A stretch of 64,000 nucleotides of DNA from Candidatus Cloacimonadales bacterium (GTDB lineage: Bacteria > Cloacimonadota > Cloacimonadia > Cloacimonadales > JAFGVF01): NCBI GenBank assembly GCA_963667035.1, contig OY762964.1:192001-256000 (forward strand), written 5' to 3'. A program made the translations under genes and the position numbers. Positions 28,123 to 39,246 of the stretch are shown here, in pieces. How positions within the stretch are numbered: the stretch's first letter is position 1; the number at the start of each line of letters is the position of its first letter. The notes below the pieces were generated by a model, which was not told where the DNA came from, searched no databases, and saw only the letters and a program-made list of their open reading frames with translations.

Positions 28123-28389
28123 ATGCCCAGATCTTTAAAGAAAGGCCCTTTCGTAGACGATCATCTTGTGAAGAAAGTTGACGAACTGAATAAAGATGGC
28201 AAGAAAACTGTTATCAAGACTTGGTCTCGTCGTTCCACAGTTCTTCCTGAGTTTATCGGTCATACATTCGCAGTTCATAATGGACGTAAATTTGTACCGG
28301 TTTATGTATCCGAAAATATGGTAGGTCATAAGTTAGGTGAATTTTCACCCACAAGAACCTTCCGCGGACATAAAGAAAAGAAGAAATAG
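28123..28389 (+). CDS. rpsS: 30S ribosomal protein S19
   Basis: [28 protein letters not shown]. Confidence 0.99.
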   Translation: MPRSLKKGPFVDDHLVKKVDELNKDGKKTVIKTWSRRSTVLPEFIGHTFAVHNGRKFVPVYVSENMVGHKLGEFSPTRTFRGHKEKKK

Positions 28390-28407
28390 AGATAAGGAGT
28401 AACGAGA

Positions 28408-28746
28408 ATGGAAGCTAAAGCAATACTTCGCTACCATAGAGGTTCCGCTAGAAAAGCTAGATTAGTTTTGGACCTTATTCGTGGGATTTCAGTTCCTGAA
28501 GCTCAGAAGATTCTGATGTTCTCAACTAAAAGAGTCGCTGCTCCGATAGGTAAACTGCTTAATTCTGCGATTGCTAATGCACAGCAGAAAGATAATAAAG
28601 TTGATTTAAATAGCCTTGTTGTAGCCGACGCTTATGCAGACGATGGTCCTATAATGAAAAGATTTCAGGCCAGAGCTCAAGGTAGAGCTTTTGTAATTCG
28701 TCGTAGAACATGTCATATTACCTTAGGCTTAAGGGAAAAGGAATAG
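28408..28746 (+). CDS. rplV: 50S ribosomal protein L22
   Basis: SARKARLVLDLIRG, SAIANA, RAQGRA. Confidence 0.97.
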   Translation: MEAKAILRYHRGSARKARLVLDLIRGISVPEAQKILMFSTKRVAAPIGKLLNSAIANAQQKDNKVDLNSLVVADAYADDGPIMKRFQARAQGRAFVIRRRTCHITLGLREKE

Positions 28747-28755
28747 GAGGAATCA

Positions 28756-29403
28756 TTGGGACAGAAAATTAATCCAGTACTGTACCGAATCGGAGTTAAC
28801 AAGCAGACTGAATCAATCTGGTTTGCCAAAGGTGATGCCTATGTTGAGAACCTGCTTGAAGACCTCAAGGTAAGAAACTACATCCAGAAGCGTTTAGCCT
28901 CTAAGATGGTTTCAAGGATTCAGATCTCAAGAAAAACTAACTCTATAAATATTGATATTCATACCTCAAAACCAGGTCTTGTTATTGGTAAGAAAGGTGA
29001 AGATATCAATCGTCTTAGAGGAGAGATCAATCTTTTAGTAAATAAGAAGCGTGGTAACGAGCTGAAAGTGATGATTAACATCATCGAAATTCAGAAAACT
29101 TGGTTAGATGCATCTTTAATTGGACAGGAAATTGCCCGTCAGTTAGAGGAAAGAGTTTCTTTCCGCCGTGCTATGAAAATGGCAATGAGAAAAGCAATGA
29201 CAGACGGAGCTTTAGGAATCAAGGTTCAGTGCTCAGGTCGTTTAGGCGGTGCTGAAATTGCCAGAACCGAGCGCTACAAACAAGGTAGAACTCCATTACA
29301 CACACTTCGTGCTGATATTGATTATGCTCTGATTGAAGCTCAGACAACTTACGGAATTATCGGTATTAAGGTTTGGATCTACAGAGGCGATATTCTCGAC
29401 TAA
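28756..29403 (+). CDS. rpsC: 30S ribosomal protein S3
   Basis: MGQKINP, PGLVIGKKG, SGRLGGAEIAR, PLHTLRADID; TTG start. Confidence 0.98.
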   Translation: MGQKINPVLYRIGVNKQTESIWFAKGDAYVENLLEDLKVRNYIQKRLASKMVSRIQISRKTNSINIDIHTSKPGLVIGKKGEDINRLRGEINLLVNKKRGNELKVMINIIEIQKTWLDASLIGQEIARQLEERVSFRRAMKMAMRKAMTDGALGIKVQCSGRLGGAEIARTERYKQGRTPLHTLRADIDYALIEAQTTYGIIGIKVWIYRGDILD

Positions 29404-29422
29404 GAGAAGAAGGAGAATATAG

Positions 29423-29842
29423 ATGTTAGCACCAAAGAAAGTTAAACATAGAAAGGTACAGCGCGGTAGACGAACTGGTCTCGCTTACCGTGGTTCAGAA
29501 GTCAGCTTTGGCGATTATGCTTTAGTCGCTATGCAAGATGGTTGGATTACCAGTCGTCAAATAGAAGCTGCTCGTGTAGCTATCACTCGTCAAATGAAAC
29601 GTGTTGGTAAAGTATGGATCAGAATTTTCCCGGACAAACCGCTCACTTCTAAACCTGCTGAAACTCGTATGGGTAAAGGTAAAGGTTCTCCAGAATACTG
29701 GGTAGCTGTTGTTAAACCGGGACGTGTAATGTTTGAAATCCAAGGAGTTGACTTAAAGATTGCTAGAGAAGCTATTCGTTTAGCAGGTCACAAACTTCCT
29801 ATTAGAACAAAGATGGTTGCTCGTGAAGGAGTAGAGATATGA
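29423..29842 (+). CDS. rplP: 50S ribosomal protein L16
   Basis: [25 protein letters not shown]. Confidence 0.98.
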   Translation: MLAPKKVKHRKVQRGRRTGLAYRGSEVSFGDYALVAMQDGWITSRQIEAARVAITRQMKRVGKVWIRIFPDKPLTSKPAETRMGKGKGSPEYWVAVVKPGRVMFEIQGVDLKIAREAIRLAGHKLPIRTKMVAREGVEI

Positions 29843-30027
29843 AGGCCCAAGAGCTCAGAGAAATGACAGTGGAAGAATTAAACCACAAGTTAGAAGATTT
29901 ACGTGTTGAGCTGTTCAACTTACGCTTTCAGGTTGCAAGAAACCTTCTGGATAACCCTTTACGTATTCGTGAGGCTAAGAAAGATATTGCACGTATCATG
30001 ACTATTCTCACAGAGAAGAAGGCTTAA
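29839..30027 (+). CDS. rpmC: 50S ribosomal protein L29
   Basis: [16 protein letters not shown]. Confidence 0.96.
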   Translation: MKAQELREMTVEELNHKLEDLRVELFNLRFQVARNLLDNPLRIREAKKDIARIMTILTEKKA

Positions 30028-30039
30028 GAGAGGTTAAAA

Positions 30040-30294
30040 ATGGCATACGAAAGAAAGCTTAATAAAGTTGGCGTTGTAGTCAGCGACAAGATGGACAAGA
30101 CTATTGTCGTTCGTGCTGAAAGACAATTTATTCATCCATTATATAAAAAGACTGTTCGTAAACATAAAAAATTCATGGCTCATGACGAGAATAATGAAGC
30201 TCATATTGGTGATACTGTTATGATTGAAGAGTATCGTCCTATGAGTGCTCGTAAGAGATGGATTCTTAAAAAAGTAATAGAAGTTAGCAAATAA
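30040..30294 (+). CDS. rpsQ: 30S ribosomal protein S17
   Basis: [26 protein letters not shown]. Confidence 0.98.
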   Translation: MAYERKLNKVGVVVSDKMDKTIVVRAERQFIHPLYKKTVRKHKKFMAHDENNEAHIGDTVMIEEYRPMSARKRWILKKVIEVSK

Positions 30295-30303
30295 GGAGTA
30301 GAG

Positions 30304-30672
30304 ATGATACAAGTACAGACAATGCTCAATATTGCTGATAACTCAGGTGCAAAAAAGGCTATGTGTATTAAAGTCCTTGGTGGTTCTAAAAGAAAATATG
30401 CTTCCATCGGTGACATTATTGTCGTAGCTATTAAATCTGCTACTCCAACCGGAAAAGTTAAGAAAGGCACCGTTCAGAAAGCTGTAATTGTAAGAACAGC
30501 TAAAGAGATCAGAAGACCTGATGGCTCTTATATCAGATTTCAAGATAATGCTGCTGTTATTATTGATGAAAAAATGGAGCCAAAGGGAACCCGTATCTTC
30601 GGTCCTGTAGCCCGTGAACTAAGAGAACACGAATTTATGAAAATCGTTTCTCTTGCACCAGAAGTGTTATAG
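30304..30672 (+). CDS. rplN: 50S ribosomal protein L14
   Basis: [27 protein letters not shown]. Confidence 0.99.
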   Translation: MIQVQTMLNIADNSGAKKAMCIKVLGGSKRKYASIGDIIVVAIKSATPTGKVKKGTVQKAVIVRTAKEIRRPDGSYIRFQDNAAVIIDEKMEPKGTRIFGPVARELREHEFMKIVSLAPEVL

Positions 30673-30681
30673 GAGTTTGTA

Positions 30682-30999
30682 ATGAAAAAAATGAAAATAA
30701 AAAAAGGTGACAATGTAATTGTTATCTCCGGTAATGACAAAGGTGTAAAAGGAACTGTTCTTAAAGCCTTCCCAAAAACCGGTAGAGTTATCGTTGAGAA
30801 AGTTAATATGATTAAAAAACATGCCAAACCTTCTCAGCAAAATCCACAAGGTGGAATCATTCACATGGAAGCACCTATCGATGCTTCAAATGTAATGATT
30901 TACAATGAGAAAATCAATGATGTAACAAAAGTCGGTTTCAGAAAAGGTGCTGATGGAAAAAGAGTCAGAATCTGCAAGAAAACCGGTGATGAGTTATAA
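30682..30999 (+). CDS. rplX: 50S ribosomal protein L24
   Basis: [16 protein letters not shown] (KOW), EAPIDASNV. Confidence 0.97.
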   Translation: MKKMKIKKGDNVIVISGNDKGVKGTVLKAFPKTGRVIVEKVNMIKKHAKPSQQNPQGGIIHMEAPIDASNVMIYNEKINDVTKVGFRKGADGKRVRICKKTGDEL

Positions 31000-31010
31000 G
31001 GAGCGGAACG

Positions 31011-31562
31011 ATGAATCGTAGAGAAGTTAAATACAGAGACGAAGTTATCCCTGCTCTTATGAAGCATTTTAACTATAAAAATGTGAATATGGTTCCAAAG
31101 ATTGATAAGATTGTAGTAAGCATGGGTGTAGGTAAAGCGACCCAGAATAAAGCATTATTGGATAGTGCTGTAAAAGATCTTACTTCAATTACAGGTCGTA
31201 AACCTATTATTACTAAAGCTAAGAAGTCAATTTCTAACTTTAAACTTCGTGAAGGTATGCCTATCGGTTGTAAGGTAACACTTCGCGGTGAAGTAATGTG
31301 GGAGTTCTATGATCGTTTAATCTCGATAGTAATGCCTCGCATCAGAGACTTCAAAGGCTATTCTTTGAATGCTTTTGACGGACGCGGGAGTTATTCTTTA
31401 GGAATCAAAGAGCAGACAGTTTTTCCTGAGATAGATTTCGATAAAATCGATGCAGTTCGCGGGTTAAACATTACTATTGTAACCACTGCTGATAAGGATG
31501 AAGAGAGCAGAGAGCTTCTGCGTAACCTTGGATTCCCTTTCAAGAAAAGTGAAAGCAAATAA
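31011..31562 (+). CDS. rplE: 50S ribosomal protein L5
   Basis: [30 protein letters not shown]. Confidence 0.98.
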   Translation: MNRREVKYRDEVIPALMKHFNYKNVNMVPKIDKIVVSMGVGKATQNKALLDSAVKDLTSITGRKPIITKAKKSISNFKLREGMPIGCKVTLRGEVMWEFYDRLISIVMPRIRDFKGYSLNAFDGRGSYSLGIKEQTVFPEIDFDKIDAVRGLNITIVTTADKDEESRELLRNLGFPFKKSESK

Positions 31563-31573
31563 AGGAGTGAAGC

Positions 31574-31759
31574 TTGGCAAAGAAAGCTTTAATCGTAAAA
31601 CAAGCAAGAGATCCTAAATTCGACGTACGTAAGTACAATCGTTGCAAGGTATGTGGACGTCCAAGAGCTTATATGAGAGATTTTGGAATGTGTCGTCTCT
31701 GCTTCCGTAAATATGCTGCTATGGGCCAGATTCCTGGCGTAACCAGAGCAAGTTGGTAA
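31574..31759 (+). CDS. rpsN: 30S ribosomal protein S14, Zn-binding type
   Basis: 61 aa, [10 protein letters not shown]...CRLCFR; TTG start. Confidence 0.97.
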   Translation: MAKKALIVKQARDPKFDVRKYNRCKVCGRPRAYMRDFGMCRLCFRKYAAMGQIPGVTRASW

Positions 31760-31778
31760 AGAATTAAGTGGAGGAATA

Positions 31779-32188
31779 ATGATTAGTGATCCGTTAGCTG
31801 ATGCATTAACCAAAGTCAGGAATGCATATCGTGCCGGACATAAGCAGGTTGTTGTAAATCATAACAATCTGATTGAGAACATTATAAAGATTTTAGCTGA
31901 AGAGAATTTCATCAACAGCTACCAGGTCAATGAGAGAAATCCGGAAATTAAGAAAAGCCGTAAGACTGTAACATTATACTTGCGTTACACTAATACCGGA
32001 GACCCTGTTTTAACAGGCGTTCAAAAGTATCAACTCCTGGAAGACGTGTTTATGTTAACTCACAAAATCTGCCATCTGTTTTCAATAATACCGGCGTAGC
32101 AATAATCTCAACAAGCCATGGTGTTATGGTTGACCGTCAAGCTCGTAAAGAGAAAGTTGGCGGTGAATATCTTTGCAAGGTTTGGTAG
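31779..32188 (+). CDS. rpsH: 30S ribosomal protein S8 with an apparent 1-nt deletion at 32023-32026
   Basis: [13 protein letters not shown] in the first frame; VSTPGRRVY...IISTSHGVM...GGEYLCKVW* continues in the -1 frame. Confidence 0.92.
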
Positions 32189-32196
32189 GAGGAATA

Positions 32197-32763
32197 ATGT
32201 CAAGAATAGGTAAATCCCCCATCACAATCCCGCAAGATGTAAAAGTTACTCTCGAGAACAAACTTATATTTGTTGAGGGTAAACTTGGCAGATTAGATTA
32301 TCAGATCAATCCACTCATTACAGTGGAAATTGTAGAAAATGAAATTATCGTTAGTAGAGCGAATGACTCCAGAGAAGAGAAAGCGTTACATGGTTTAACA
32401 AGAGCTCTCATCAATAACATGGTTATTGGTGTAACCCAGGGATACCAAAAGGTCTTATGGGTAATCGGAACCGGATACAATGCAGAGGTTACAGGACCAT
32501 GGTTAAAGCTTGCTTTAGGTTATTCTCATGATATCTTAATGGAGATACCTGAAGGTATCACTGTTTCTACCGAACAAATTGGTAGAGGTGGAGCTATTAA
32601 AGATCTCAACAGTATTATTACTGTTAAGGGAATTCATAAAGAAGATGTTGGTAAATTCGCAGCTGAAATCAGAAAATGCAGACCTCCAGAGGTATACAAA
32701 GGTAAAGGTGTTCGTTATCATGATGAACATATTTCCATCAAAGCTGTTAAAGCTGGTGCATAA
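32197..32763 (+). CDS. rplF: 50S ribosomal protein L6
   Basis: [36 protein letters not shown] after GGAGGA. Confidence 0.97.
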   Translation: MSRIGKSPITIPQDVKVTLENKLIFVEGKLGRLDYQINPLITVEIVENEIIVSRANDSREEKALHGLTRALINNMVIGVTQGYQKVLWVIGTGYNAEVTGPWLKLALGYSHDILMEIPEGITVSTEQIGRGGAIKDLNSIITVKGIHKEDVGKFAAEIRKCRPPEVYKGKGVRYHDEHISIKAVKAGA

Positions 32764-32774
32764 TTGGAGAGAAA

Positions 32775-33143
32775 ATGGTAAAAAGTAAATGCATAATCAG
32801 AAGAGAGATGAGAGATCGCAGAAGATTGGCGATTCGTAAAAAACTCAGTGGTACTCCTGAGAGACCGAGATTAGCCGTATACCGTAGTCTTAAAAACATA
32901 TATGCCCAGATTATAGACGATACAACAGGTAAGACACTTGTGTCTATGTCTACTATCGCTAAAGATTTTGGCGGAGAAAAGGCTAAGAAGGCTGAACTGA
33001 GTTTCCAGGTTGGTCTTAAATTAGGTGAAAAAGCCGTTGCAGCCGGAATTAAACAAGTTAGTTTCGATCGCTCCGGATACAAGTACCATGGTCGCGTGAA
33101 GGCTCTTGCTGATGGAGCCAGAAAAGCCGGTCTGGAATTCTAA
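32775..33143 (+). CDS. rplR: 50S ribosomal protein L18
   Basis: [29 protein letters not shown]. Confidence 0.98.
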   Translation: MVKSKCIIRREMRDRRRLAIRKKLSGTPERPRLAVYRSLKNIYAQIIDDTTGKTLVSMSTIAKDFGGEKAKKAELSFQVGLKLGEKAVAAGIKQVSFDRSGYKYHGRVKALADGARKAGLEF

Positions 33144-33154
33144 GGGAGGATGAA

Positions 33155-33679
33155 TTGAAACAGGAATTCAATGCCCAGAACGAAAATGAACCAATCTTCG
33201 TAGAAAAGATTGTATCCACCAAGCGTGTTGCGAAAGTTGTTAAAGGTGGTAAAAACTTTAGCTTTAGTGCAATTGTTGTTATAGGTGACAAAGACGGTAA
33301 AGTTGGAGTTGGTAAAGGTAAAGCAAACGAGATTGTTGATGCTATCAGCAAAGCTAAAGATAAAGCTAACCAGAATCTTTTTAATGTTCCGATTGTTAAT
33401 GGTACAATCCCACATGAGATTATTGGTCGCTTCGGTGCCAGCCGTGTTCTTCTTAAACCTGCTCGTCCGGGTACAGGAATTATTGCCGGTGGTACAGCTC
33501 GCTCAATTCTCGAAGCTGTTGGTATAGAAAACATTCTTTGTAAATCACTTGGCTCAAACACATCAGGTAATGTTGTGAAAGCTGTTGTTGACGGTTTAAA
33601 GAATCTTAGAACAATTAGCGATATCGCTAAATTAAGAGGAAAAACCATCGCAGAGCTTACCGGTGGGGAGGAAGAATGA
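33155..33679 (+). CDS. rpsE: 30S ribosomal protein S5
   Basis: [22 protein letters not shown]. Confidence 0.98.
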   Translation: MKQEFNAQNENEPIFVEKIVSTKRVAKVVKGGKNFSFSAIVVIGDKDGKVGVGKGKANEIVDAISKAKDKANQNLFNVPIVNGTIPHEIIGRFGASRVLLKPARPGTGIIAGGTARSILEAVGIENILCKSLGSNTSGNVVKAVVDGLKNLRTISDIAKLRGKTIAELTGGEEE

Positions 33680-33858
33680 AGATAAAAGTTACACAAGTTA
33701 AGAGTGCAATAGGCAGAAAAGAAACTCATAAGAAAGTTCTTGTTGCCTTAGGATTAGGTCGAATTGGGAAGCAACGTGTTCACGAAGATACTCCGAATAT
33801 TCTCGGAATGATAGATAAGGTTTCTTATCTGTTGAAAGTTGAACCGGTTGCGGAATAG
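33676..33858 (+). CDS. rpmD: 50S ribosomal protein L30
   Basis: [20 protein letters not shown]. Confidence 0.96.
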   Translation: MKIKVTQVKSAIGRKETHKKVLVALGLGRIGKQRVHEDTPNILGMIDKVSYLLKVEPVAE

Positions 33859-33872
33859 GAAAGGAGAGCAAA

Positions 33873-34328
33873 ATGTATTCTCTTAATAACATAAAGCGAC
33901 CAAACGTAAAAAAGAAACAAAAAAGACTTGGTAAAGGACAGGCTTCCGGCTATGGACATCAGGCTGGAAGAGGACATAAAGGTCAAAAATCCCGATCTGG
34001 CGGGAAAGTTCCAATCTGGTTCGAAGGTGGACAGATGCCTATTCAGCGTCGTCTCCCTAAACGTGGTTTTAAAAACTGGAACAGAGTGGAGTACCGCATT
34101 GTTAATCTTGCTCAACTGGTCGCTCTTAATGAAACAGATTTAGACATCGCTAAAATGGAAGAGCTTGGACTCATCTCTAATAGCGGTAAGAAAGGTAAAG
34201 CTAAGGTTAAAATTCTCGCCAATACTGAAACTGAATTCAAACAGACTGTTAATGTCAAAGCTAATGCATTCTCAGAGAATGCTAGAAAGCTTATTGAGGC
34301 TAACGGTGGTAAGGCGGAGGTAATTTAA
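33873..34328 (+). CDS. rplO: 50S ribosomal protein L15
   Basis: GRGHKGQKSRSG, FEGGQMPIQRRLPKRGF. Confidence 0.98.
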   Translation: MYSLNNIKRPNVKKKQKRLGKGQASGYGHQAGRGHKGQKSRSGGKVPIWFEGGQMPIQRRLPKRGFKNWNRVEYRIVNLAQLVALNETDLDIAKMEELGLISNSGKKGKAKVKILANTETEFKQTVNVKANAFSENARKLIEANGGKAEVI

Positions 34329-34329
34329 C

Positions 34330-35658
34330 TTGTTTAGGACTATAGCTAATATCTTCAAAATTCCGGATTTACGGAAGAAGATACTGTTCACAACCTTTAT
34401 ATTAGTACTTTACAGACTTGGTAGTTTCATACCTGTCCCGGGTGTTAATGTAGAAGCGTTGAAAGCTTTCTTCCAGAATCCTGGAACAGACCAAACATTA
34501 TTCGGATTATATGATCTGTTTGTTGGTGGTAACTTCCAAAGAGCATCAGTTTTTGCTCTTGGTATCATGCCATACATTACAACATCGATTGTAATCCAAT
34601 TGTTAGGTAGTATTGTACCTTATTTTGAGAAACTCAGAAAGGAAGGTGCTGAAGGACAGAAAAAGATTAACCAGCTAACCCGTTATGGCACGGTTATTAT
34701 TGGTGGATTCAATGCCATCAGTATTGCTTTCTTCCTTCAAAACCTCGAGTCAACAGCAGGAAACGTTGTACCTGCAGGTGGAGCATTCTTTATTCTCTCC
34801 ACAATGGTGACTCTGGTAACAGGAACGATGATGATCATGTGGCTCGGAGAACAGATTACTGAAAATGGTATCGGTAACGGTATTTCTCTGATAATCTTCG
34901 CAGGTATTATTGACAGATATCCGGCAGGTTTCTGGGATCTTTTCCAGAAAGTAAGACTGGGTGAAGTTGGTATCCTTCGTGCTTTGATTATGGTTGCTCT
35001 CATGGTAGCAGTAACCGCGGCAGTTATCCTTATCACTGAAGCTACTCGTAAAATTCCGGTTCAGTACGCAAAGCGCTTCGTCGGTCGTAAAATGTACGGC
35101 GGGCACAGCACATATATCCCGCTACGTGTTAACTCTGCGGGTGTTATTCCTATTATCTTCGCTAACTCAGTGATTATGTTCCCTAGAACTATCGCTATGT
35201 TTGCAGGTGGAGACAATGGCTCAGCTTTTTGGGTAGGACTTGTCAACTGGTTATCTCCTGGACATGCATTCTACACATTCCTTTATGTGGCTCTTATTGT
35301 CTTCTTTGCATACTTCTACACAGCTATTGTGCTGAATCCTGTAGAAATGGCGGAGAACATGAAACGCTACGGAGGATTCATACCAGGTAAAAAGCCCGGT
35401 AAGAAGACTTCAGACTATATAAATAACGTAATTGTTAGAATTACCCTTCCAGGTGCAATATTCTTCGCACTTATTGCTATTATGCCTGATTTCTTCGTGA
35501 GATGGGGTAAGGTCGACTTCAATTTCGGTGGCACAGGGCTTATCATTGTTGTTGGTGTGGCTTTAGACACATTGCAGCAAATTGAATCTCACCTTGTAAT
35601 GCGTCATTATGACGGATTCATGAAAAAAGGTAAGCTAAGAGGAAGAACAGGTCGTTAG
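34330..35658 (+). CDS. secY: Preprotein translocase subunit SecY
   Basis: FALGIMPYI, WLGEQIT..GIGNGISLIIFAGI, AGVIPIIFA, FIPGKKPG. Confidence 0.99.
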   Translation: MFRTIANIFKIPDLRKKILFTTFILVLYRLGSFIPVPGVNVEALKAFFQNPGTDQTLFGLYDLFVGGNFQRASVFALGIMPYITTSIVIQLLGSIVPYFEKLRKEGAEGQKKINQLTRYGTVIIGGFNAISIAFFLQNLESTAGNVVPAGGAFFILSTMVTLVTGTMMIMWLGEQITENGIGNGISLIIFAGIIDRYPAGFWDLFQKVRLGEVGILRALIMVALMVAVTAAVILITEATRKIPVQYAKRFVGRKMYGGHSTYIPLRVNSAGVIPIIFANSVIMFPRTIAMFAGGDNGSAFWVGLVNWLSPGHAFYTFLYVALIVFFAYFYTAIVLNPVEMAENMKRYGGFIPGKKPGKKTSDYINNVIVRITLPGAIFFALIAIMPDFFVRWGKVDFNFGGTGLIIVVGVALDTLQQIESHLVMRHYDGFMKKGKLRGRTGR

Positions 35659-35660
35659 GG

Positions 35661-36419
35661 ATGATTAGAATAAAATCTGAAAAGAGCATTATGAAAATGC
35701 GTGTTGCTAATGAAATAATTTATGCACTGTTTCAAGAATTGAGACAGATTGTTAAACCCGGTATTTCTACTTGGGAATTAGATCGAATGGCGGAAGATTT
35801 TATTCTATCACGTGGAGCTAAACCTGCTTTTAAAGGCTACTCTGTTCCCGGACTAAAACCTTTCCCGGGGGCTCTTTGTACATCAGTTAATTCTGGTATT
35901 GTACATGGAATACCTTCAAAGGAAATGGTACTAAAAGACGGGGATATAATCGGAATCGATGTTGGAACTTGTTATGAAGGTTATTATGGCGATGCAGCAA
36001 GAACTTTTGCTGTTGGCACAGTAACCGATGAAGCTTTAAAGCTTTTGGAAGTAACAGAGAAGGCACTTGAACTCGGAGTTGCACAGGCATTGCCCGGCAA
36101 TAGAGTTGGAGATATTTCTCACGCTATTGAAGCGTATGTTACTTCTAATGGATATTATCTTGCAGATGATCTTACCGGACATGGTATAGGTGCAAATCTG
36201 CATGAAGATCCGCAAGTTCCTAATATTGGTAAACCCGGACGAGGAGCTAGATTAAAAGCCGGTATGACAATAGCTATAGAACCTATGGTGAATATAGGTA
36301 CCAATCGTGTAATAGAAAAGGGTTGGGAGTTTTTCACAAAGGACGGCTCTTTGTCTGCTCATTTTGAGCACACAATCCTAATAAAACCTGAACAACCAGA
36401 AATCTTAGATAAAGGTTAA
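35661..36419 (+). CDS. map: Methionine aminopeptidase type I
   Basis: SVN..VHGIP, GDAART, GHGIG..LHEDP, AIEPM, SAHFEHT. Confidence 0.97.
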   Translation: MIRIKSEKSIMKMRVANEIIYALFQELRQIVKPGISTWELDRMAEDFILSRGAKPAFKGYSVPGLKPFPGALCTSVNSGIVHGIPSKEMVLKDGDIIGIDVGTCYEGYYGDAARTFAVGTVTDEALKLLEVTEKALELGVAQALPGNRVGDISHAIEAYVTSNGYYLADDLTGHGIGANLHEDPQVPNIGKPGRGARLKAGMTIAIEPMVNIGTNRVIEKGWEFFTKDGSLSAHFEHTILIKPEQPEILDKG

Positions 36420-36422
36420 ACA

Positions 36423-36641
36423 ATGGCAAAATCCGGTGTAATTGAAGTAGAAGGTACCGTAATAGAATCGTTACCGAATACCACCTTTAAAGTAAAGTTA
36501 GAGAATGAGCATGTAATTTTAGCTCATATCTCAGGTAAGATGAGAATGCATTTAATTCGTATTCTTCCCGGTGACAAGGTGAAGATTGAATTATCACCTT
36601 ATGACTTAACAAAAGGTAGAATCACTTACCGTTATAAATAG
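36423..36641 (+). CDS. infA: Translation initiation factor IF-1
   Basis: [29 protein letters not shown]. Confidence 0.99.
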   Translation: MAKSGVIEVEGTVIESLPNTTFKVKLENEHVILAHISGKMRMHLIRILPGDKVKIELSPYDLTKGRITYRYK

Positions 36642-36649
36642 GAGCAACA

Positions 36650-36766
36650 ATGAAAGTCAGAGCATCTGTAAAAAAGATATGTAAAGACTGTAAGATTATA
36701 AAAAGACATGGTGTTGTGCGTGTGATTTGTAAAACTAACCCAAAACACAAGCAGCGACAAGGTTAG
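36650..36766 (+). CDS. rpmJ: 50S ribosomal protein L36 (absent from ORF track)
   Basis: Translated by hand: [38 protein letters not shown]. Confidence 0.98.
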   Translation: MKVRASVKKICKDCKIIKRHGVVRVICKTNPKHKQRQG

Positions 36767-36782
36767 ACTAAGGAGGAATAGC

Positions 36783-37157
36783 TTGGCACATATCGCTGGT
36801 ATCGAGTTACCTAAGAATAAGAGAATAGTTATTGGCCTTACCTATATATTTGGTATTGGCAGAACTACTTCAGAAGATATTCTTACCAAAGCTAACATCG
36901 ATGTGAACACCCGTGTTAAGGATCTCACACTCGATGAAGAAAAGTTACTTAGAGATATCATTCAGAATGATTATATAGTAGAAGGTTCTTTAAGAACCAA
37001 AGTTGCCATGGACATTAAGCGTCTTATGGAAATAAACAGTTATAGAGGATTACGTCATAAAAGGGGACTCCCCGTACGTGGTCAGAGAACTAAAACTAAC
37101 GCCAGAACTCGTAAGGGACCAAAACCTGGTTCTCTTAAGAAAAACAAGAAAAGATAG
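36783..37157 (+). CDS. rpsM: 30S ribosomal protein S13
   Basis: [34 protein letters not shown]. Confidence 0.99.
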   Translation: MAHIAGIELPKNKRIVIGLTYIFGIGRTTSEDILTKANIDVNTRVKDLTLDEEKLLRDIIQNDYIVEGSLRTKVAMDIKRLMEINSYRGLRHKRGLPVRGQRTKTNARTRKGPKPGSLKKNKKR

Positions 37158-37165
37158 GAGAATAA

Positions 37166-37555
37166 ATGGCTAAGAAGACTCGCGTAAAGAAAAAACGTGT
37201 ACGCCTTGCTTTTGACGAGGGTGTAGCTCACGTTCATTCAAGCTTCAATAACACCATTGTTTCTATTTCCGACAAAGCCGGAAATACTCTTGTCTGGTCT
37301 AGTGGTGGTAAAGTTGGTTATAAAGGCTCTAAAAAGAGTACTCCATACGCTGCTCAGTTAGCTGCTGAAGAAGTAGCTAAAGCTGCTATGGAAATGGGTA
37401 TCGCTAAGGTCCAAGTAATCGTAAGAGGCCCCGGTGGCGGTAGAGAATCATCTATCCGTGCAATCAATGCAGCCGGTATCCAGGTTACAGCTATCCATGA
37501 CGAAACTCCGATTCCACACAATGGCTGTCGTCCGCCAAAGACCAGAAGAATATAA
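37166..37555 (+). CDS. rpsK: 30S ribosomal protein S11
   Basis: [27 protein letters not shown]. Confidence 0.99.
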   Translation: MAKKTRVKKKRVRLAFDEGVAHVHSSFNNTIVSISDKAGNTLVWSSGGKVGYKGSKKSTPYAAQLAAEEVAKAAMEMGIAKVQVIVRGPGGGRESSIRAINAAGIQVTAIHDETPIPHNGCRPPKTRRI

Positions 37556-37569
37556 CGGAGGAAGTTTAA

Positions 37570-38193
37570 ATGGCTAGATATACAGGACCAAAAGCAAAGA
37601 TATGTCGTAAGTTTGGTGAGAACATTTTTGGAACTCCAAAATACGATCGTATCCTGCAAAAGAAAAACTATGCTCCGGGACAGCATGGTAATGGCAAACG
37701 TTTCAGAAAGAAAATGTCTGATTACGGAATTCATCTTAAAGAAAAGCAGAAACTCAGATATACTTACTGTCTGATGGAAAAGCAGTTCTTTAATTATTAT
37801 ACAAAAGCAGAGAAAATGGCTGGTGTAACCGGTGAAAACCTGTTACAAATTCTGGAAAGAAGACTTGATAACGCTGTTTACAGAATGGGTTTTGCGGTAA
37901 CTCGTATGCAATCCAGACAGTTTGTTAATCATGGTCATATTCTTGTAAATGGAAAACGTGTAGATATCCCTTCTTATCTGCTTAAACCGGGTGATGTTGT
38001 TGAGATTAAAGAGAAGAGTCGTAGTTGCAGTGCAATAGTCGATGCAATGGACATGACTTCTTTAACATCTCCTTACTCTTGGTTAACAGTAGAAAAAGAT
38101 AAATTTAAAGGTGAATTCGTAGCAATTCCTGCTGCGGATGAAATCCCGGTTAACGTCGATGTTCGTTTAATCGTTGAATTCTATTCCAAATAG
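37570..38193 (+). CDS. rpsD: 30S ribosomal protein S4
   Basis: MARYTGP, PGQHG, LERRLDN, IVEFYSK. Confidence 0.99.
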   Translation: MARYTGPKAKICRKFGENIFGTPKYDRILQKKNYAPGQHGNGKRFRKKMSDYGIHLKEKQKLRYTYCLMEKQFFNYYTKAEKMAGVTGENLLQILERRLDNAVYRMGFAVTRMQSRQFVNHGHILVNGKRVDIPSYLLKPGDVVEIKEKSRSCSAIVDAMDMTSLTSPYSWLTVEKDKFKGEFVAIPAADEIPVNVDVRLIVEFYSK

Positions 38194-38223
38194 TGAACTT
38201 TAACTAAAAAGGAGTATTTGATT

Positions 38224-39243
38224 ATGATGCTTCTTGAGCCCATTCAACTGCCGGAGAGCGTTGAATTTGACAAGAATACTTACAGCTCGACTTACGGAAA
38301 GTTTGAGATCGGACCGTTAGAACCCGGTTACGGTACAACAATCGGTAATACTCTGAGACGTGTGCTTCTGTCGTCTATTCAAGGCGCCGCAGTAAGGTTC
38401 GTCAGGATTGAAGGCTTATTCCATGAATTTGCCCCGATTCCTGGTACTGATTCTGATTACATTGATCTTATTCTTCGTCTGAAAAAGCTTGTCTTTAAGA
38501 CAGACTCTATCAACGAGATTGCTTTAGTTCTGGAAAAGAAAGGTCCCGGAGTTGTTACTGCCGGTGATATCAAAGAAGTTGCAGAACTTGAAGTCTTGAA
38601 TAAAGATCATGTTTTACTGGAGATTACTGAGGAAGTTGATTTCCGTCTTGAACTCTGGATTGGAATCGGAAGAGGATATGTACCATCCGACAAACAGGAG
38701 ATGGAAGAAAGACCTATCGGTGTTATTCCGATTGACTCCATCTATTCACCTATTACTAAAGTTAACTTCAATGTTGAACATATGCGTGTTAAAGAAAAGA
38801 TGAATTACGATAAACTGGTTATGGAAGTACATACCAATGGTGCTATCGAACCAAGAGATTCTCTTTTCCTCTCAGCTAAACTTCTTAAAGACCTTTATTC
38901 TAAAGTGACTCGTTTCGAAGTTGAACCTGAGTATATTGAAGAGGTACAGATGGATCCTGAATTGGAACGTCTTGATAAACTTCTCAATATGAGCGTTAAA
39001 GAGCTCGAACTTACCGTTCGCTCTGCTAACTGCTTAGCCGCTGCTAAAATCGATACAATTGGCGATTTGGTAAGACGTTCTGAAGCTGAAATGCTGAAGT
39101 ATCGTAACTTCGGTAAGAAATCTCTTGATGAGATCTCCAAGCTTCTTGTTAAGTACGAACTTACCCTCGGTATGGATGTCGATGAAAAGCTTCAACTAAT
39201 TGAAGAAGCAAAGAATCGTGTAATTACAAAGAAGAAGGTATAG
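38224..39243 (+). CDS. rpoA: RNA polymerase subunit alpha
   Basis: PLEPGYGTTIGNTLRRVLLSSI, DSIYSP, ELELTVRSANCL, NFGKKSLDEI. Confidence 0.99.
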   Translation: MMLLEPIQLPESVEFDKNTYSSTYGKFEIGPLEPGYGTTIGNTLRRVLLSSIQGAAVRFVRIEGLFHEFAPIPGTDSDYIDLILRLKKLVFKTDSINEIALVLEKKGPGVVTAGDIKEVAELEVLNKDHVLLEITEEVDFRLELWIGIGRGYVPSDKQEMEERPIGVIPIDSIYSPITKVNFNVEHMRVKEKMNYDKLVMEVHTNGAIEPRDSLFLSAKLLKDLYSKVTRFEVEPEYIEEVQMDPELERLDKLLNMSVKELELTVRSANCLAAAKIDTIGDLVRRSEAEMLKYRNFGKKSLDEISKLLVKYELTLGMDVDEKLQLIEEAKNRVITKKKV

Positions 39244-39246
39244 AAA

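Noticed and set aside
33058..33729. 223-aa antisense ORF over rpsE and other antisense/alternate-frame ORFs in the track
   Set aside because: Shadows of conserved genes, with no RBS or protein motifs
35658..35661. No adk between secY and map
   Set aside because: secY-map-infA without adk occurs in other lineages; not unusual enough
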